A DNA stretch of 64,000 nucleotides from Felis catus (taxonomy: Eukaryota), in contig NC_058369.1 of the NCBI RefSeq assembly GCF_018350175.1, forward strand, positions 26,786,001 to 26,850,000, in the 5' to 3' direction. The notes beneath the pieces were generated by a model that was not told where the DNA came from, made no database searches, and saw only the letters and a program-made list of their open reading frames with translations. Below are positions 11,865-23,377 of this stretch, piece by piece (within the stretch, counting starts at the first letter, position 1; the number at the start of each line of letters is the position of its first letter). Position numbers and translations under genes: made by a program.

Positions 11865-13965
11865 CTGAAATCTTCTCTGAGAGTCTCCGTTTCTGAAATC
11901 CACTGCTCCTTCCTCTTCACCTCTCCTCGTGCTTTCGGAAATCCATCATCACTGGCCTCACTGCGACAGCCTCTTAATTTGGCTCACGCCTTCTAGTTTT
12001 CCTCTCAGCATCTTAACACATCTGTAGAAAGACAACCACCAGTGTTATCTTCCTAATTTACAAACACGATGAACCCCTTGCTACAGAATAAAATCTGAAA
12101 ACCTGTGCCTACTTCTCTGCCTTCATCTGCCATCATTCTTCACTCACTCCTATTTCTCTAGACAAAGCAAAATACCAGTGGGATCCCCTGTACATGTGTC
12201 TGCTTTGGGGCCTTTCACTTGTTCTACAGCAACTTTTGGAAACATCATCCACTCTATCAAGTATCTAACAGCAAAGAGGAGACCTGGAGATTACTTGCAG
12301 ACTCCACAGAAATTACACACTTCTGTAAGCATTTCTCCTACCATTCTATATTATATTTGTTCTATATCATTCTCTTTGATAGACTATGAACTCCCTAAAG
12401 AAAAACACTGTATCTTTTAAAAAAAAAGTTAAAAGTTTGTATTGTATTTTAATATGTATATTATCGAACAACTTTGAGATCCCATATCTGTAACAATGAC
12501 CTTCCACAAATCTCTAGTTTGGCACAAAGAGACTCCAAATATGAAAAACGTTTCCACAGGACCATGTATCGAACAGAAGGGAAACACATTCATATCCACT
12601 GCCTGGACATCGGTGCTGCAGGTCAGCAGGGGCCTTGGTCCTTGAAGGAGGGTGAGGCTGCCATTGGGGCAGCAGCCATCTTGTTCTCCTGGCTCAGGGA
12701 GCTTTTCTTAGTTCACCAAAGACCTGGGTTGAGCTGTCTGCTTGTGCAGCACTGACTGAAGAACTGGTGGTGGAAAGAGAGTGCCACCTGGCCTGTCCCT
12801 TAATGAGGGGGACTTGGCAGGAAGGGGGGCAGGAGGATGAGGGCCTGAGAAGGATCCCTTTTCCAGGGGATGGAAGAAGTGGAGGCAGTTTGCCCATGAC
12901 AGGGGGTATTTGTGCCTTGAAATGAGGAATGATCACTTGCTAGCCAAAGAGTTGGTGTCTCCAAGCCTTCCAGTTGCCTTTTCCTCCTTTCCAGGTAGTC
13001 AATGAGCAGGTTCAACTCATTACCATACACTTTCCCTCAGTCAACAGGAAGAGAAGGTGCAGAATGCCTGAAGGGACAGAGTAGCTGGTAAGGCGCCTGC
13101 AGTGCAATTCCAGCATGTTCCTGCTGCTCACGTTCAGAGAAAAATCTCCTGTATTCTTTAGCCACGGCACAGGGCATCTTCTAGGAGCATATGACAATGT
13201 ACTAGAGACAAGAAAAAGCTTTTGATACATTCATGAAGCATAATTACGGTGCAAGAGGAATGCAAAATGGGGACCCATCATCTTTAACTTCCTGGAGTGC
13301 TCGTGTAAGACTTGATTCAGAGGAGAGGTGCATCATTTCCACCATAAGGCCGTGATCCTGCAACCAACGACCTAGGATGGTTACGTGTTATTCCCTCTGT
13401 TCACTGTTGATAGAAACAATAACACAATTGATCTGAAGGCCTCTTTTGATCATGTTCTCTTTGAACCACTTGATTAAAAGTACTGGGAAGGCCCTTCTTT
13501 CTGAGTGTCCCTGCCACTGACATCACCAGAATGGACTGGTATCACTCATGGTTGTCTTTGTTCCTTTTTGAATACTCAGCCACATTCTACAGTAATTCTT
13601 TAATGCTTAGCATGTCTTTACCCTCCTTTAAGCAGCCCTCTTGGGGAAAATAAGAAATTAGCAGAATAGGTTTATATGGCCTGCGGCTTTTAGCTACTGA
13701 AGATCTTCCATATTGTCCCCTGTGAAGCCTGGCGGATGAAGACATCTTAAGTCCTGAGATCACACAGCTGGTAAGCAGCACAGTACTGATCAGCTGCAAA
13801 AACTCTATCTGTGGAAGAGTAACAAAACCCACATGTAAAGATCAGCCTGCTAGGACTCCCCAAAAGTATCAAGACATTGTATATTCTCTATCTTTGTACC
13901 TCCAGGATCTAGAACAGTGTGTCTACAATCTTATATAGTACATGTTGAATAGATATTAAATGAGA
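11865..13965 (+). mobile_element. L2 3' portion split by the NCOA5-like retrocopy
   Basis: L2 tail agactatgaactccct...actgtatct (12381-12415) resumes at 13871 as ...tctttgtacctccagg.tctagaacagtg...tgttgaatagat. Confidence 0.7.
12418..13870 (-). pseudogene. Processed pseudogene of an NCOA5-like paralogue (nuclear receptor coactivator 5-like)
   Basis: Frameshift-corrected minus translation: QYF/NQVVQREHDQKRPSD/CVIVSINSEQRE*HVTILGRWLQDHGLMVEMMHLSSESSLTRALQEVKDDGSPFCI/SSCTVIMLHECIK..IHCHMLLEDAL/VAKEYRRFFSEREQQEHAGIALQA/RLTSYSVPSGILHLLFLLTEGK/YGNELNLLIDYLERRKRQLEG. This is colinear with recalled NCOA5 (QYFEEIQRRFDAERPVDCSVIVVNKQ...SLSQALEDVSRGGSPFAI...SCTVNI...HRNMPQADA...PPAIQSLINLLADNRYL...IINYLRERKERL). 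Intronless, with an ATTAAA signal at 12448-12453 (minus), decayed TSDs at 12402-12417 and 13871-13886 (12/16 identical), and it splits an L2 3' tail. Confidence 0.85.
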
Positions 13966-14099
13966 GAACCTCTAAACAGCTTTCTTCAATTAGTTCACTC
14001 TCATCTTTCAGTTGGCCTATCAATCATTAGCCATTATTACGTTTCTATATTTTTGGTTAATGACTATTCTTCCTTTATTAGAAAGTAAAGGATTCTATC

Positions 14100-16480
14100 A
14101 GTAATGTGGATTGAGCTAATGAATATTTTCTGCCTGCTACAAACACATAAGTTTGAAAAAAATGAAGTTTAAATGATAAGAGTATGTTGTTGATGAGGCA
14201 TTAAATGAAGAGGAAATACAAGCCACAGCTGACCAGCAATCAGTTGATGTCCAAGTGTGTGGGGAGCAGGGGGAGGAGAGGAAAGGAGATCTGTCCTAAA
14301 TAAATACAAGGATCAGATCCTAATATGTGTGTGTATGCATATAAAATTATGGGCAGAGGTCCCAGGACTGTAACACTATGTGGGGACAGTAGATGTGGCC
14401 TTGGGCTTACCTAAGATGAGAAGCTAGACCTGAGATTCCTGCATAAAACCAGACCCTGAAATGACTGTCCCCCTCCATGACACAGGTAAGACACTCTTTC
14501 ATTGCTCCAGGCAAAAAAAAGCTGGTCTCTAGCCAGGCTCCAGGGTTGAGGAAAAGTCTACTATGAGAAATCAAAACCCCAAACTAAAGCCATGTATGCG
14601 AATTTAGTCTGAGTTTAAACTACCCTTATGGCAAGGAAATTCCAAGCTTAAGAAAGACATTTAAAAACTGGTCCTATCTCGGTGAAAAAGCTGGAAGCCA
14701 AAAGCCTTGAGGTAGACAGAAGAGAATGCAAAGCTTTTCCAGAGGTAAAACACACCTCAATGAAGACAAACACACTTTCCAAAGTCACTTACCAGTGTAA
14801 GGAAGGAGGGAGGGAGAGTCAGCAGATGTAAGAAACAGAAGGAACAGCTTCTTTAGAAAGCTATTAGAGCTATTAGAGCAATCGGAAAACCACTATAAAA
14901 TAAGTATTATTTAAAACCACAATAAAATAGGATATCATAAACAATAGATTTGAAAAAATACCAAAACTTTTAAAAAGTTTATTTCATTAAAAAAAAAAAA
15001 AAGGACTGGGAAAACTACATATTAGCTATAGCTAAGGAATAGTGATCTGAGGAAATTACCCCAAATGGAGAGATGCAAGAAGAAACGATGAGATGGGAGG
15101 GGTGCAAATGAAGTGAAAGGTATCTAAGGTGCTTGCTTTGTAAGGGGATGGGCTAGTACTTTCAACTTTGTTAAGGTCAATATACAAGGTTACAAATTTA
15201 TAAATGTAAAGGTTATAATCCCCAAAAGAATACAAATGGAACCTACAACTTCCAAACTAGCTAAAGTTAAACAAGTACTACATACAAAAACTTGATTTGG
15301 ATCTAAATGTATAGCCTTAAATTACTTATTAAAAAAGTGAGATTAAGATTAATAAGTTAAACATTCAACTCAAGAAATCAGGAAAATAATATATTCACAA
15401 AGTAGAAAGAAGGTAAAAATTAAGAGAATAACTAAAATCGAACCTTTAGAGTATCAACTAAAGCAAAAATCGGATTCTTTTTTTTTATTAAAAATTTTTT
15501 TTTTCTTCAACGTTTTTTATTTATTTTTGGGACAGAGAGAGACAGAGCATGAATGGGGGAGGGGCAGAGAGAGAGGGAGACACAGAATCGGAAACAGGCT
15601 CCAGGCTCCGAGCCATCAGCCCAGAGCCTGATGCGGGGCTCGAACTAATGGACCGCGAGATCGTGACCGGGCTGAAGTCGGACGCTTAACCGACTGTGCC
15701 ACCCAGGCGCCCCAAAAATCGGATTCTTTGAAGAGACTAATAGAAAACTTCTGGAAAAATTGGTTAAGAAAATTATATATTAGAAATAAAAATATAATAT
15801 TAACATTGTACAGGTATGGTAGAGAAAAAACTACATATATATTCCTCTATATCTCTCTCTATAAAAAAACTCATACAACTTTTATAGCCCTCTTATATTA
15901 AATTTAAAACAAAGTGACACTTTTCTAGAATGGAAATATTAAAATTGACTCAAGAAAAAAATAGGAAAGCTAAAAATACCTATAACCATTAAACAACTTG
16001 TACTGAAGTTCAAAAATCCATACGCCAAAAAGCACCAGGTCCAGATATTTTAAAGACAAGTTCTAATCAAACATTCAAAGAACTCAATCCATACTGAGAT
16101 GAGAAAAAAGAGTAAACGCTCCCCAACTTAATTTATCAAATTTGACCTTATATAAGAATGGAAAGAAAAAAATTATAAATTAGTCTAATTAATGAACATA
16201 TATTTAGAATTCCTAAAAAAATAGAAAATGTATAGCAATGTATAGCAATATCTAGCAATATCTAGCAATGTATATAGAACATCTAAGATGATCAACAGGG
16301 GTTATCTCAAGAATGGAAAGATATTTCCACATGAGAATATCTGTGATGAAATCCATGACATTATCAGATTAAGATGAAAAACATGATCAATTCGACAGAG
16401 GGAGAAAAAACAGCATTCAATAAAATTCAATACTCATTACTGATAACAAGCCTTAGCGAACTAGGAAAATAAACACATTA
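14100..16480 (+). mobile_element. Old L1 (L1ME/L1M-like) fragments
   Basis: A-rich decayed L1 text (cattcaactcaagaaa, aaaattgactcaagaa, agcaccaggtccagat, gcattcaataaaattcaatactc). Confidence 0.65.
15481..15713 (-). mobile_element. Young Can-SINE (SINEC_Fc)
   Basis: Perfect TSD aaaaatcggattcttt at 15465-15480 and 15714-15729. Confidence 0.97.
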
Positions 16481-16508
16481 ATCTGTGATTGAGTTTTATT
16501 TTAAAGCT

Positions 16509-17112
16509 TGTATCAGTCAGGATGGGTTAGGTTATAATAATAAATAACCCTTAAATCTCAGAAGTTTAATGTAAAAGCAAAAGATCATATTTTGTTCACG
16601 CAAGTCCCATGGAGTACCAAGATGTTCCATTTAACTCTAGTAACTCAAGTACCCAGGATGGTACGTTCTTCCCTAACCACCAGGGCACTGAGATGCGAAC
16701 ATGGTGACTGGCACACTAATTTTTCTTTTTAAATTTTTTTTAGTGTTTATTTTTGAGAGAGACAGTGCACAAGCGGGCGTGGGGCAGAGAGACAGAGGGA
16801 GACACAGAATCTGAAGCAGGTTCCAGGCTCTGACCTGTTAGCACAGAGCCCAATGCGGGACTTGAACTCATGAACCGTGAGATCATGAGCTGAGCTGAAG
16901 TCAGATGCTTAACTGACTGAGCCACCCAGGTGCCCCTGGCACACTAATTCCTAAAGCTTGTTCCTAAAGTGACCATGTCACTTCTGTTCATCTTTACTGG
17001 TAAAACAAGTCATAGGTCCAACCTAATTAAAAGGGTCAGGTTGAGAAAGTGAAATTCTACCATATATCTGGAAGGAAAACTATAATATTCGGAAACAATC
17101 CCAATGACTATC
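16509..17112 (-). mobile_element. MaLR LTR (old MLT1-type), interrupted by a SINE
   Basis: tgtatcagtcaggatgggttaggtta...aataacccttaaatctcag start; aaacaagtcataggtccaacc internal motif. Confidence 0.65.
16722..16936 (-). mobile_element. Can-SINE
   Basis: TSD tggcacactaatt at 16709-16721 and 16937-16949. Confidence 0.95.
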
Positions 17113-18098
17113 TGGGTTATATATTTGAAATATACATAAATATTTGCTCTTCATCCTTGATTCCTGACACAGAGCTCCTAAAACCCTTGGAACTTCCTGA
17201 CAGAAGTGATAGATTTTTTTTTTTTTAAATTCCATAACACACTTTCAACCTTACCTTAGTCTATGCTAATAAGGTGGTTCTTGGTGGGTCCCTAGATACT
17301 CCAAACTAGGGGCTGGTTGCCAGAGAAACCAGTCATGTGATTAAAAGTTTGGAATGTTGGGGCGCCTGGGTGGCGCAGTCGGTTAAGCGTCCGACTTCAG
17401 CCAGGTCACGATCTCGCGGTCCGTGAGTTCGAGCCCCGCGTCGGGCTCTGGGCTGATGGCTCGGAGCCTGGAGCCTGTTTCCGATTCTGTGTCTCCCTCT
17501 CTCTCTGCCCCTCCCCCGTTCATGCTCTGTCTCTCTCTGTCCCAAAAATAAATAAAAACCGTTGAAAAAAAAAATTTAAAAAAAAAAAAGTTTGGAATGT
17601 TCAACCACCAACAGCCAACAATTAATCAAATGTGCCTACTTAATTAGGAACTCTCATGTAACCCCTAAATAGTGGGGTTAAGAGATCAGGGTTGGTAAAG
17701 ACATCAAGGTGCTGGGAGGGTATGGGCTCTGGAAGCTCAGCACCCCTTTATCCCATACCTTGACATATGCAGCTCTCCATGGTGGTTCCTGAGTTGTATG
17801 TTTCATAATAAAACAGTTGTAGTAACTCTAACACTTTCTGTCATGAGTTCTGAGTCATTTTAGCAATTATTGAACTTGAGTGTTAAGGAAACCTCCGGGG
17901 GTGGGGAGGTGTCTCTGACTATTGGTCAGAATTATGAGTAGCCAGGGTGCTCTATTGCAATGAGTGTCCGAAGTGTGGGAGGTCTCGAGGGACTGAGCCT
18001 TTAACCCGTGGGGTCTAACACTAACTGGGAGCTTGTGTCAGAACTGAATTTAACCACTGAGCACCCAGCGGTGTTGAAGAATCTGAGACTGTCACATA
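17113..18098 (+). mobile_element. ERV LTR (MER21-like), interrupted by a SINE
   Basis: ttcctgacacagagctcctaaaacccttggaacttcctga; ggggctggttgccagagaaacc; tgagttctgagtcattttagcaattattgaac; gtgtcagaactgaatt. Confidence 0.7.
17359..17585 (+). mobile_element. Young Can-SINE (SINEC_Fc)
   Basis: Perfect TSD aaaagtttggaatgtt at 17343-17358 and 17586-17601. Confidence 0.97.
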
Positions 18099-18318
18099 CA
18101 GCCCACCCCCCCCCAACAAAAAACCCCACAAATTAAAAGCATGGCAGATGATTATTATATATACCAGAGTTGAGAACTATTGCATTCAATTATTAACTAT
18201 TGTATTTCTGTACTTTCATTTGATCCTGAAAGGAAAATATCATTGTACAATATTTACTTTTCAGTTTCCTTTCCTTTCTTTTTCTAAACTGTTATTTATC
18301 ATTCAAAAAACACTTGCT

Positions 18319-18530
18319 GGGGTGCCTGGGTAGCTTAGTCAGTTAAGCCGTCCAACTTTCGCTCAGGTTGGGATCTTGCAGTTCATGAGTTCAAGTCCTG
18401 CATCCCCCATTGGGCTCTGTGCTGACAGCTCAGAGCCTGGAGCCTGCTTCAGATTCTGTGTCTCCCTCTCTTTCTGCTCCTCCCTAGCTTGTGCTCTCTC
18501 AAAAAATAAACATTAAAAAAATAAAAATAA
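18319..18530 (+). mobile_element. Can-SINE
   Basis: ggggtgcctgggtagcttagtcagttaag head and A-tail. Confidence 0.93.
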
Positions 18531-18894
18531 AACATTTCCCATTTTTGTAAGATATTATTGTGCAAATGGAAGCCTGAAGAAAAAAATAATAATTTGCCAA
18601 GAACATCAATGCCCATGGTTCCAAATGTTATTTTGACATCTTCTGCCAGAAGCTGTCATAAACTTTTCAGACAGAAGACATTCCTAAAATATTTACATTC
18701 TGTGCTTTTTTTAAAAAACCATTTTTTTCAACTTAGATACCAGGAGATGACATTAATATATCACATTTTAAAAAGACTCAATATAAAATTAGCGATAAAC
18801 TGCACAAGTAAAGGAAAATCATAGATGAAAGGTCAGTGAACATTTTAAAGTCTTTCATCACTCAAATCAACAAAAAATTGAAATTTGTATCATG

Positions 18895-18948
18895 TTTATT
18901 TATTTTTTTATTATGAAATTTATGGTCAAATTGGTTTCCATACAACAC
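18895..18948 (-). mobile_element. Very short felid L1 3'-end insertion
   Basis: tatgaaatttatggtcaaattggtttccatacaacac is the reverse complement of the L1 terminus at 37057-37092. Confidence 0.8.
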
Positions 18949-20149
18949 ATTTTTTCCTTTTATAGATTTACTGTTACTAAAATTGAGACTACTTAAAAAA
19001 ATCTAGCTGATGATGTAGAAGACACACAGAATCCAGGTCATTCAATCGTAATTGGCTCTAGATCTGCAATACTAACAGTAGCACATCTTATGAAAAGAAG
19101 GCAAGTATATAGAATTAAGACAGCAAGGAAGCCAAAGCACTGAGTAAGAACATGCTGTTTTTAGAATTTTTGCTAATGATGATTACATTTTAAATTCTTC
19201 CTAGAGTTTCACTAGATACAGCATTACTCATATCCTGTCTTTAAGAGGTATTCAGTATTACTGAAGTATGGAAAGAGGACACTGAAAGTAGTTCATGACC
19301 AAAGTTTTCAAGATTCATTAATGAATTTTTCTACACATTTCTCACTCAAGGAAGATAAAATTTTGTAACAGAAATCTGTTACATGACAAATCTTTAAATA
19401 TTAACTTAAAAACAAAAAAAGCAATGTTTGACTTGCACACTACTTTCAATAAAATTAGCCAGAACTCAGTTTTCACTTCACAAGAAGATGATCACTTTTC
19501 AACAATGGAAGTAAATTCATTTCCATAATTTACATGAAATTTTCAAATAGCACTAGGATTTTGGAGCCAAGAAAAAATTTAATTAATGCTTACCATATAT
19601 GGCTTCATTGGGGTAAGGATAAGAAATGAACAATTTATTGATTCATTTTTAGCAAAGCACAAGGAAAGGCATGAGATATAGCAGAAATGGAAAGAATTAC
19701 GACCTCTGAGAAAGGTGTTCGTCAGGAGTTTCAAAACTAGCTAATCATGTGGATAATGTATAAAAAATTACAGTAAATGAAAGTAATTTGTATCGAGAAA
19801 AACTCTCAGTGGAATTAAATGCCTGAGAGGTGCCTGCAGTGAGCTGATGGATAGCATGTAATAAAGTCAGGAGCAAATGGAATGCATTTTGTGCTCTGAC
19901 AATGCCTTGGGAACTCTGAACTGCAGCCCTAATCAACCCTCAGAGAGGTCCTGGGAGGATGTGGTAGCTGATGAAGAAATTAGCAACTCCAAAGAGGCAG
20001 AAAGACTGACACAGTAAATCAAAGCAGAAATGACCGTTTTTCGGGGGCAGTCATTTCTGTATTCTTCCACTACAGGTTATAAATAGCTGGAGAAAAGACA
20101 TAGTATCTACCACTACCGATGAGCTCATTGCAATGTCCGGTCCTAGGTA

Positions 20150-20505
20150 CTGCACATTAGCTTCCCAGCTGCCAGAATGCTCTTCCCAGCCCTCCACAGG
20201 GCTTGCCCATTACTGTCCTTTGGGTCTCTATTCAAATATTACTTCCTGAGGGGTGCTTATCCTGACCACTTTTCCTAAAGCAGACCTTTTTGTGTGCCTT
20301 CTTATTATTCTGTATTTACACCATAAACATCTACTTTTTTATTTTATTTTTTAAAACACGGTTTTCTTTCCTGCCTCCTCTAATGTAATATAAACTTCAG
20401 GAGGGCAGGGATTTTATCTGCCTTGATCACTGAAAATATTCTCAGCACCTAGAATCACTCTTGACACATAGTGGGTACTAATACATATTAAATAAATAAA
20501 TAGCA
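20150..20505 (+). mobile_element. L2 3' end
   Basis: aaacttcaggagggcagggattttatctg...cacatagtgggtact. Confidence 0.75.
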
Positions 20506-21074
20506 AAAACACTAAAAATATGTTTTCTAGATACACAATCACCAAGTGAATGAATGAATAAAGTCTCTTTGCAAACGAAGGCATTTATAATATTTTCTAT
20601 ACCTTTTGGTCTATACTGTATAAAGTCTGATTGTGTCCCACATCCTCAACAATTTATAGACATTCCCTAAGAAACAAATACTCATCAGTTCCCCCAGAAG
20701 AAATAGCAACAGTTACTTTACAAAAGCTAAGAGCTCCCTGCTGTTGGCAGCAGCATATTACTAATGCAGAAATATTAATGATACTTCATTATGGATAGCA
20801 TCTGCTTTAGGCTGCACAGCACCAAGCATGCCAACTTAAATGTTGTGGAGGCTGAGTAAAATAGTTCCAGCTAACGAAGTGACAGTGACATCTTCGTGAC
20901 TAAGAAAACAGATATACCCATCTCCAGCCTGACTTCTTCAGCAGTGACCTCTGATAGAAGCTCAGTGACAAACTGCTCACTTCCTAGGAACCCCAGGATG
21001 TCCTCTAAGGGCTGAATATGAAAAGGCAAGTTCAATAAATATTCACTGAATATTAAATATTCTTTAATGTTTAA

Positions 21075-21284
21075 TTTTTTTTAATGTTTATCTATTTTGA
21101 GAAGGAGAGAGACAGAGTACAAGCAGGGGAGGAGTGGAGAGAGAGGGAGATGCAGAACTGGGAGCAGGCTCCAGACTCTGAGCTGTCAGCACAGAGCCCT
21201 ACACGAGACTCGAGCCCATGAACTGCAAGATCATGACTGGAGCCAAAGTCAGACGCATAATCGACCGAGCCACCCAAGCACCCC
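21075..21284 (-). mobile_element. Can-SINE (older)
   Basis: Reverse SINE with TSD aatgtttaa/aatgcttaa. Confidence 0.93.
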
Positions 21285-21310
21285 AAATGCTTAAATCATT
21301 CATTCATTTT

Positions 21311-21519
21311 TTTTTTTCAACGTTTATTTATTTTTGGGACAGAGAGAGACACAGCATGAACGGGGAGGGGCAGAGAGAGAGGGAGACACAGAATTGGAAG
21401 CAGGCTCCAGGCTCTGAGCCATCAGCCCAGAGCCCGACACGGGGCTCGAACTCACGGACCGCGAGATCGTGACCTGGCTGAAGTCGGACGCTTAACCGAC
21501 TGCGCCACCCAGGCGCCCC
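21311..21519 (-). mobile_element. Young Can-SINE (SINEC_Fc)
   Basis: CpGs intact; TSD cattcattcatttt at 21297-21310 and 21520-21533. Confidence 0.96.
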
Positions 21520-21533
21520 CATTCATTCATTTT

Positions 21534-21747
21534 TTAAAAAAAAATTTGTTTTAATGTTTATTCATTTTTGAGAGAGACAGAGTGTGAGTGGGGGAGGGAG
21601 AGAGAGAGGCAGACACAGAATCCAAAGCAGGCACTGGGCTCTGAGCTGTCAGCACAGAGCCTGATGCGGGGCTCGAACCCACAAATTGTGAGATCATGAC
21701 CTGAGCCGAAGTCGGGTGCTTAACCGACTGAGCCATCCAGGTGCCCC
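21534..21747 (-). mobile_element. Can-SINE
   Basis: Reverse SINE followed by tcattcattcatttt at 21748-21762. Confidence 0.95.
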
Positions 21748-21989
21748 TCATTCATTCATTTTAAATGAATAAATTACACTCTCCCAGAATAATATCCTTG
21801 ACTTAGATTACTTACTTTCATAAAAGTAAATTAGGTTTCAACACAATTATTCTAGACAAGTTGGCAAAATATAGAAATTTCAAGTAGGTTCAAAATTCAG
21901 CTTGGTTGACCTAGTAACATCACTGCTGCTAAACAGTAACATCACTGTTGCTTAGTAAGCAAACTAAGTTATTGAGTTTTAAAGGAAGT

Positions 21990-22170
21990 CACATAATGCT
22001 TGTTGCAACCCTGTGAAATGGGTTAGCAGGGCTATCTCCGTTTCACCAATAAAGAACCTGAGGCACAGAGAAGTTAAATGATGTGCCTGGAGTCTCATGC
22101 CCAGCAAACGGCAAAGCCAGGATTCAGACTCAGACAGTCCGGTTCTGGATGTGTGCTGTTAATCACTAAT
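21990..22170 (-). mobile_element. MIR
   Basis: ctgaggcacagagaagttaaatgatgtgcc...ggcaaagccaggattc. Confidence 0.8.
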
Positions 22171-22176
22171 CTAACC

Positions 22177-22482
22177 AGTGTTATTCCCAGGTGCTTGCCT
22201 GCAAGCATATTGTTACCAGTCCATGACCAGTGAAGTACCGAAACTGAGAGTAAGTATTCAGAAACTTACATAGCAATCTGACACTGTTATGACACCCCAG
22301 TATGTGATCACTGGACTCCTCTTGTTGGACAGGGTACAGACCAGATTAGGAGTTGTCAAAGGCATGTGAATGGCATGTGGCCCTAACTATGCACCAGTAA
22401 TATGTTGGTATTAGATGAACAGGAAATTCAACAACAACAACAACAATGAAACACCTCTACTTTAAATAGTTTGAGAAGCTCT
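22177..22482 (+). mobile_element. hAT-Charlie non-autonomous element (MER119-like)
   Basis: cagtg start, tgttaccagtcc...aaactgagagtaag...tagcaatctgaca internal, aatagtttgagaagc end. Confidence 0.6.
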
Positions 22483-23334
22483 CATTAATGCTGACCTCAT
22501 TTGAATTCTCAGATTATCCCATCTCAGATGGAAAAGAATACTGGGGATATCACTTTTTGCCTGCCTCCATCAGACAATAAAGAACGACTCACTCAAGTTT
22601 GCATTTACAAATTTAGTATGTATTTTAAAGACGACATTATATAAAAGCATTTCAATCTGAAATATATGAATAATCTGTGCCCTTTACTGTAAGAAAATAC
22701 AATGCTTAGTCATTTAAGGTATATAAGAAAATACCTACAAAAACACCCATCTAGAACTTTAAGCCTTCAGTTCTACTCTCAAAAAGAAAGCCTTCATAAA
22801 ATGCTATATACAATAAAAAATATTTAACTTACAATTTTTTTTAATGAGACACACACCCCTTACCCTACGAAATCAGTTTTTCAGAATCTAATTCCTTTTT
22901 TCAGATTTAAGATAATTTGGAAAGTGATTTAAATCAGATCAGAAACCATAAGGAATGAAACTTGAGGCAGTAATTTTCCATTTGATTGAGGAAATCAAAA
23001 TATGTCTAAAATAATACAGTGATATTGAATATATCTACCTTCATGGAGGAAAAAATGATACATTGATACATAGTGATTATCAACATAAATGACACATATA
23101 CCTTAAAAGACTTTTTTCCCTTTTAATGGAACTCTTCCTAAAATGCCATAAAACTTCTTTGTAAAAGTGCATTCTAGACATGATTCGGAAAACTTTTGCT
23201 AAGGCTTTTAAGCTCTGAAACAGAGACCCAATATGTTGTGATTAACTGAGATATGGTAAACTGTTTCCTCCCAATTCTGGCCTTAGAATACTGCTAGGCT
23301 CCCAAATCTCTTGTCCAGGTACCCTCCTGGTGAA

Positions 23335-23346
23335 TTTTTTTTAATG

Positions 23347-23377
<31 letters not shown>

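Noticed and set aside
13012..13230. ORFs 13012-13230, 12800-13030, 12694-12936 and 13587-13832 as live genes
   Set aside because: Fragments of one frameshifted retrocopy; the homology switches frame repeatedly and includes an in-frame stop.
12418..13870. Direct NCOA5 processed pseudogene, or a gag-derived RTL/PNMA-type gene
   Set aside because: Too divergent from NCOA5 with conservative substitutions and no Arg/Asp-rich N-terminus; no gag or CCHC motifs seen.
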